From Vicinamibacterales bacterium (lineage in GTDB: Bacteria > Acidobacteriota > Vicinamibacteria > Vicinamibacterales > UBA2999), in the NCBI GenBank assembly GCA_044347565.1, contig JBIKUN010000001.1, forward strand, positions 22,302-86,301: a stretch of DNA of 64,000 nucleotides, read 5' to 3'. Made by a program: the position numbers and the translations under genes. Under the pieces are notes generated by a model. That model ran no database searches, was not told where the DNA came from, and saw only the letters and a program-made list of their open reading frames with translations. Shown piece after piece: positions 63,441 through 64,000 of the stretch. Position 1 is the stretch's first letter; each line of letters starts with the position of its first letter.

Positions 63441-64000
63441 ATGGCGGACGCTCGCACCACAAGCGGGGCACGACGGCCCATGCGGATTCTCGAAGTCGAG
63501 ACCTTCGGTCGCGGCGGGCTGATCCACTACGTCTACAACCTCTCATGCGCGCTCGCCGACCGTGGAGTCGACGTCACGCTCGTGACCGCCGCGGCCTACG
63601 AACTCGAGGGCCGGGCCCTGCCGCCGCGCGTCAGGCTCGTCAAGGCCATTGCCCGCGTCACGCACCGGCTCCGTGCGTGGCTGCCGGGTCGCGCCCTGGG
63701 AATGGCGGTGAAGCTCGAGGCGCTGGCGGATGCCGTCGCTGTCGCGGTCCTGGCCCGACGCGTCCGTCCGGACGTCGCGCACCTCCACTGCACCAACCAA
63801 AGCGCCTTAGGTTACCTCATCCTGCTGCGGCTCACCGGCATCCCGGTGGCCGTGACCGCACACGTGGTCACGCCGCACGAACGCGGCCGCGTCCAGGACG
63901 CCGTGCACCGCTTCATCCATCGTCTCAGCCCGCTCATCATCGCCCACTCCGCATTCGACCGCCAGCGCCTGATCGAAGAGTTCGCGATCGAACCACGGCG
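63441..64000 (+). CDS. family-4 (GT-B) glycosyltransferase, N-terminal part (runs off the right edge)
   Basis: Not in the track because no stop lies inside the window. GAGGA lies 5 nt upstream of the ATG. MADARTTSGARRPMRILEVETFGRGGLIHYVYNLSCALADRGVDVTLVT ... AHLHCTNQSALGYL ... VTAHVVTPHE. Confidence 0.7.
   Translation, partial: MADARTTSGARRPMRILEVETFGRGGLIHYVYNLSCALADRGVDVTLVTAAAYELEGRALPPRVRLVKAIARVTHRLRAWLPGRALGMAVKLEALADAVAVAVLARRVRPDVAHLHCTNQSALGYLILLRLTGIPVAVTAHVVTPHERGRVQDAVHRFIHRLSPLIIAHSAFDRQRLIEEFAIEPR

Overview
Very GC-rich bacterial chromosomal segment; the taxon cannot be determined from the sequence alone. Most long ORFs in the six-frame track are antisense or off-frame shadows. 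All calls below rest on reading the translations for family motifs, signal peptides, start/stop coupling and Shine-Dalgarno sites. No searches were run and all coordinates were worked out by hand.

Layout:
(1) 1-8280 is housekeeping: a TonB-dependent receptor fragment, tal, pgi, tRNA-Arg, nhaA, an aminotransferase, a nuclease and tRNA-Lys(CTT).
(2) 8236-25168 holds two tandem integrated elements at tRNA-Lys, bounded by three direct copies of the tRNA 3' end.
- Element 1 (~13.5 kb) carries light-related cargo: a green-tuned DTE proteorhodopsin plus Blh retinal synthase, a LOV-PP2C phosphatase, an inverted-topology photolyase-like protein, and a fragment of an FeS-type (6-4) photolyase. It also carries DoxX, DUF427 and fasciclin genes and several gene wrecks.
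- Element 2 (~3.4 kb) carries a tyrosine integrase, an IS3 remnant, ParDE and a fused RHH-PIN.
(3) 25174-42000 is mixed chromosomal content: an S8 protease ending in eight GDTL(I/V)W hexapeptide repeats, a HEAT plus HD-GYP pair, an mgtA operon, an M48 peptidase, a TylF-type methyltransferase, TetR regulators with visible operators, and a second photolyase-like paralogue.
(4) 42000-64000 is a non-ribosomal peptide locus: a TonB receptor with an upstream palindrome, two GT-C-like membrane proteins, and a tightly coupled operon of ACAD, HupE/UreJ-like protein, free A domain, carrier protein and NRPS. A convergent NRPS(C-A-T-TE)-GT2 pair and a GT4 gene follow.

The most unusual item is in the first NRPS. 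Its adenylation domain is interrupted between motifs A8 and A9 by a ~345-aa zinc-ribbon plus PP-loop (SGGKDS) amidotransferase-like domain. The hand-derived specificity code of that A domain looks Asn/Asp-like.
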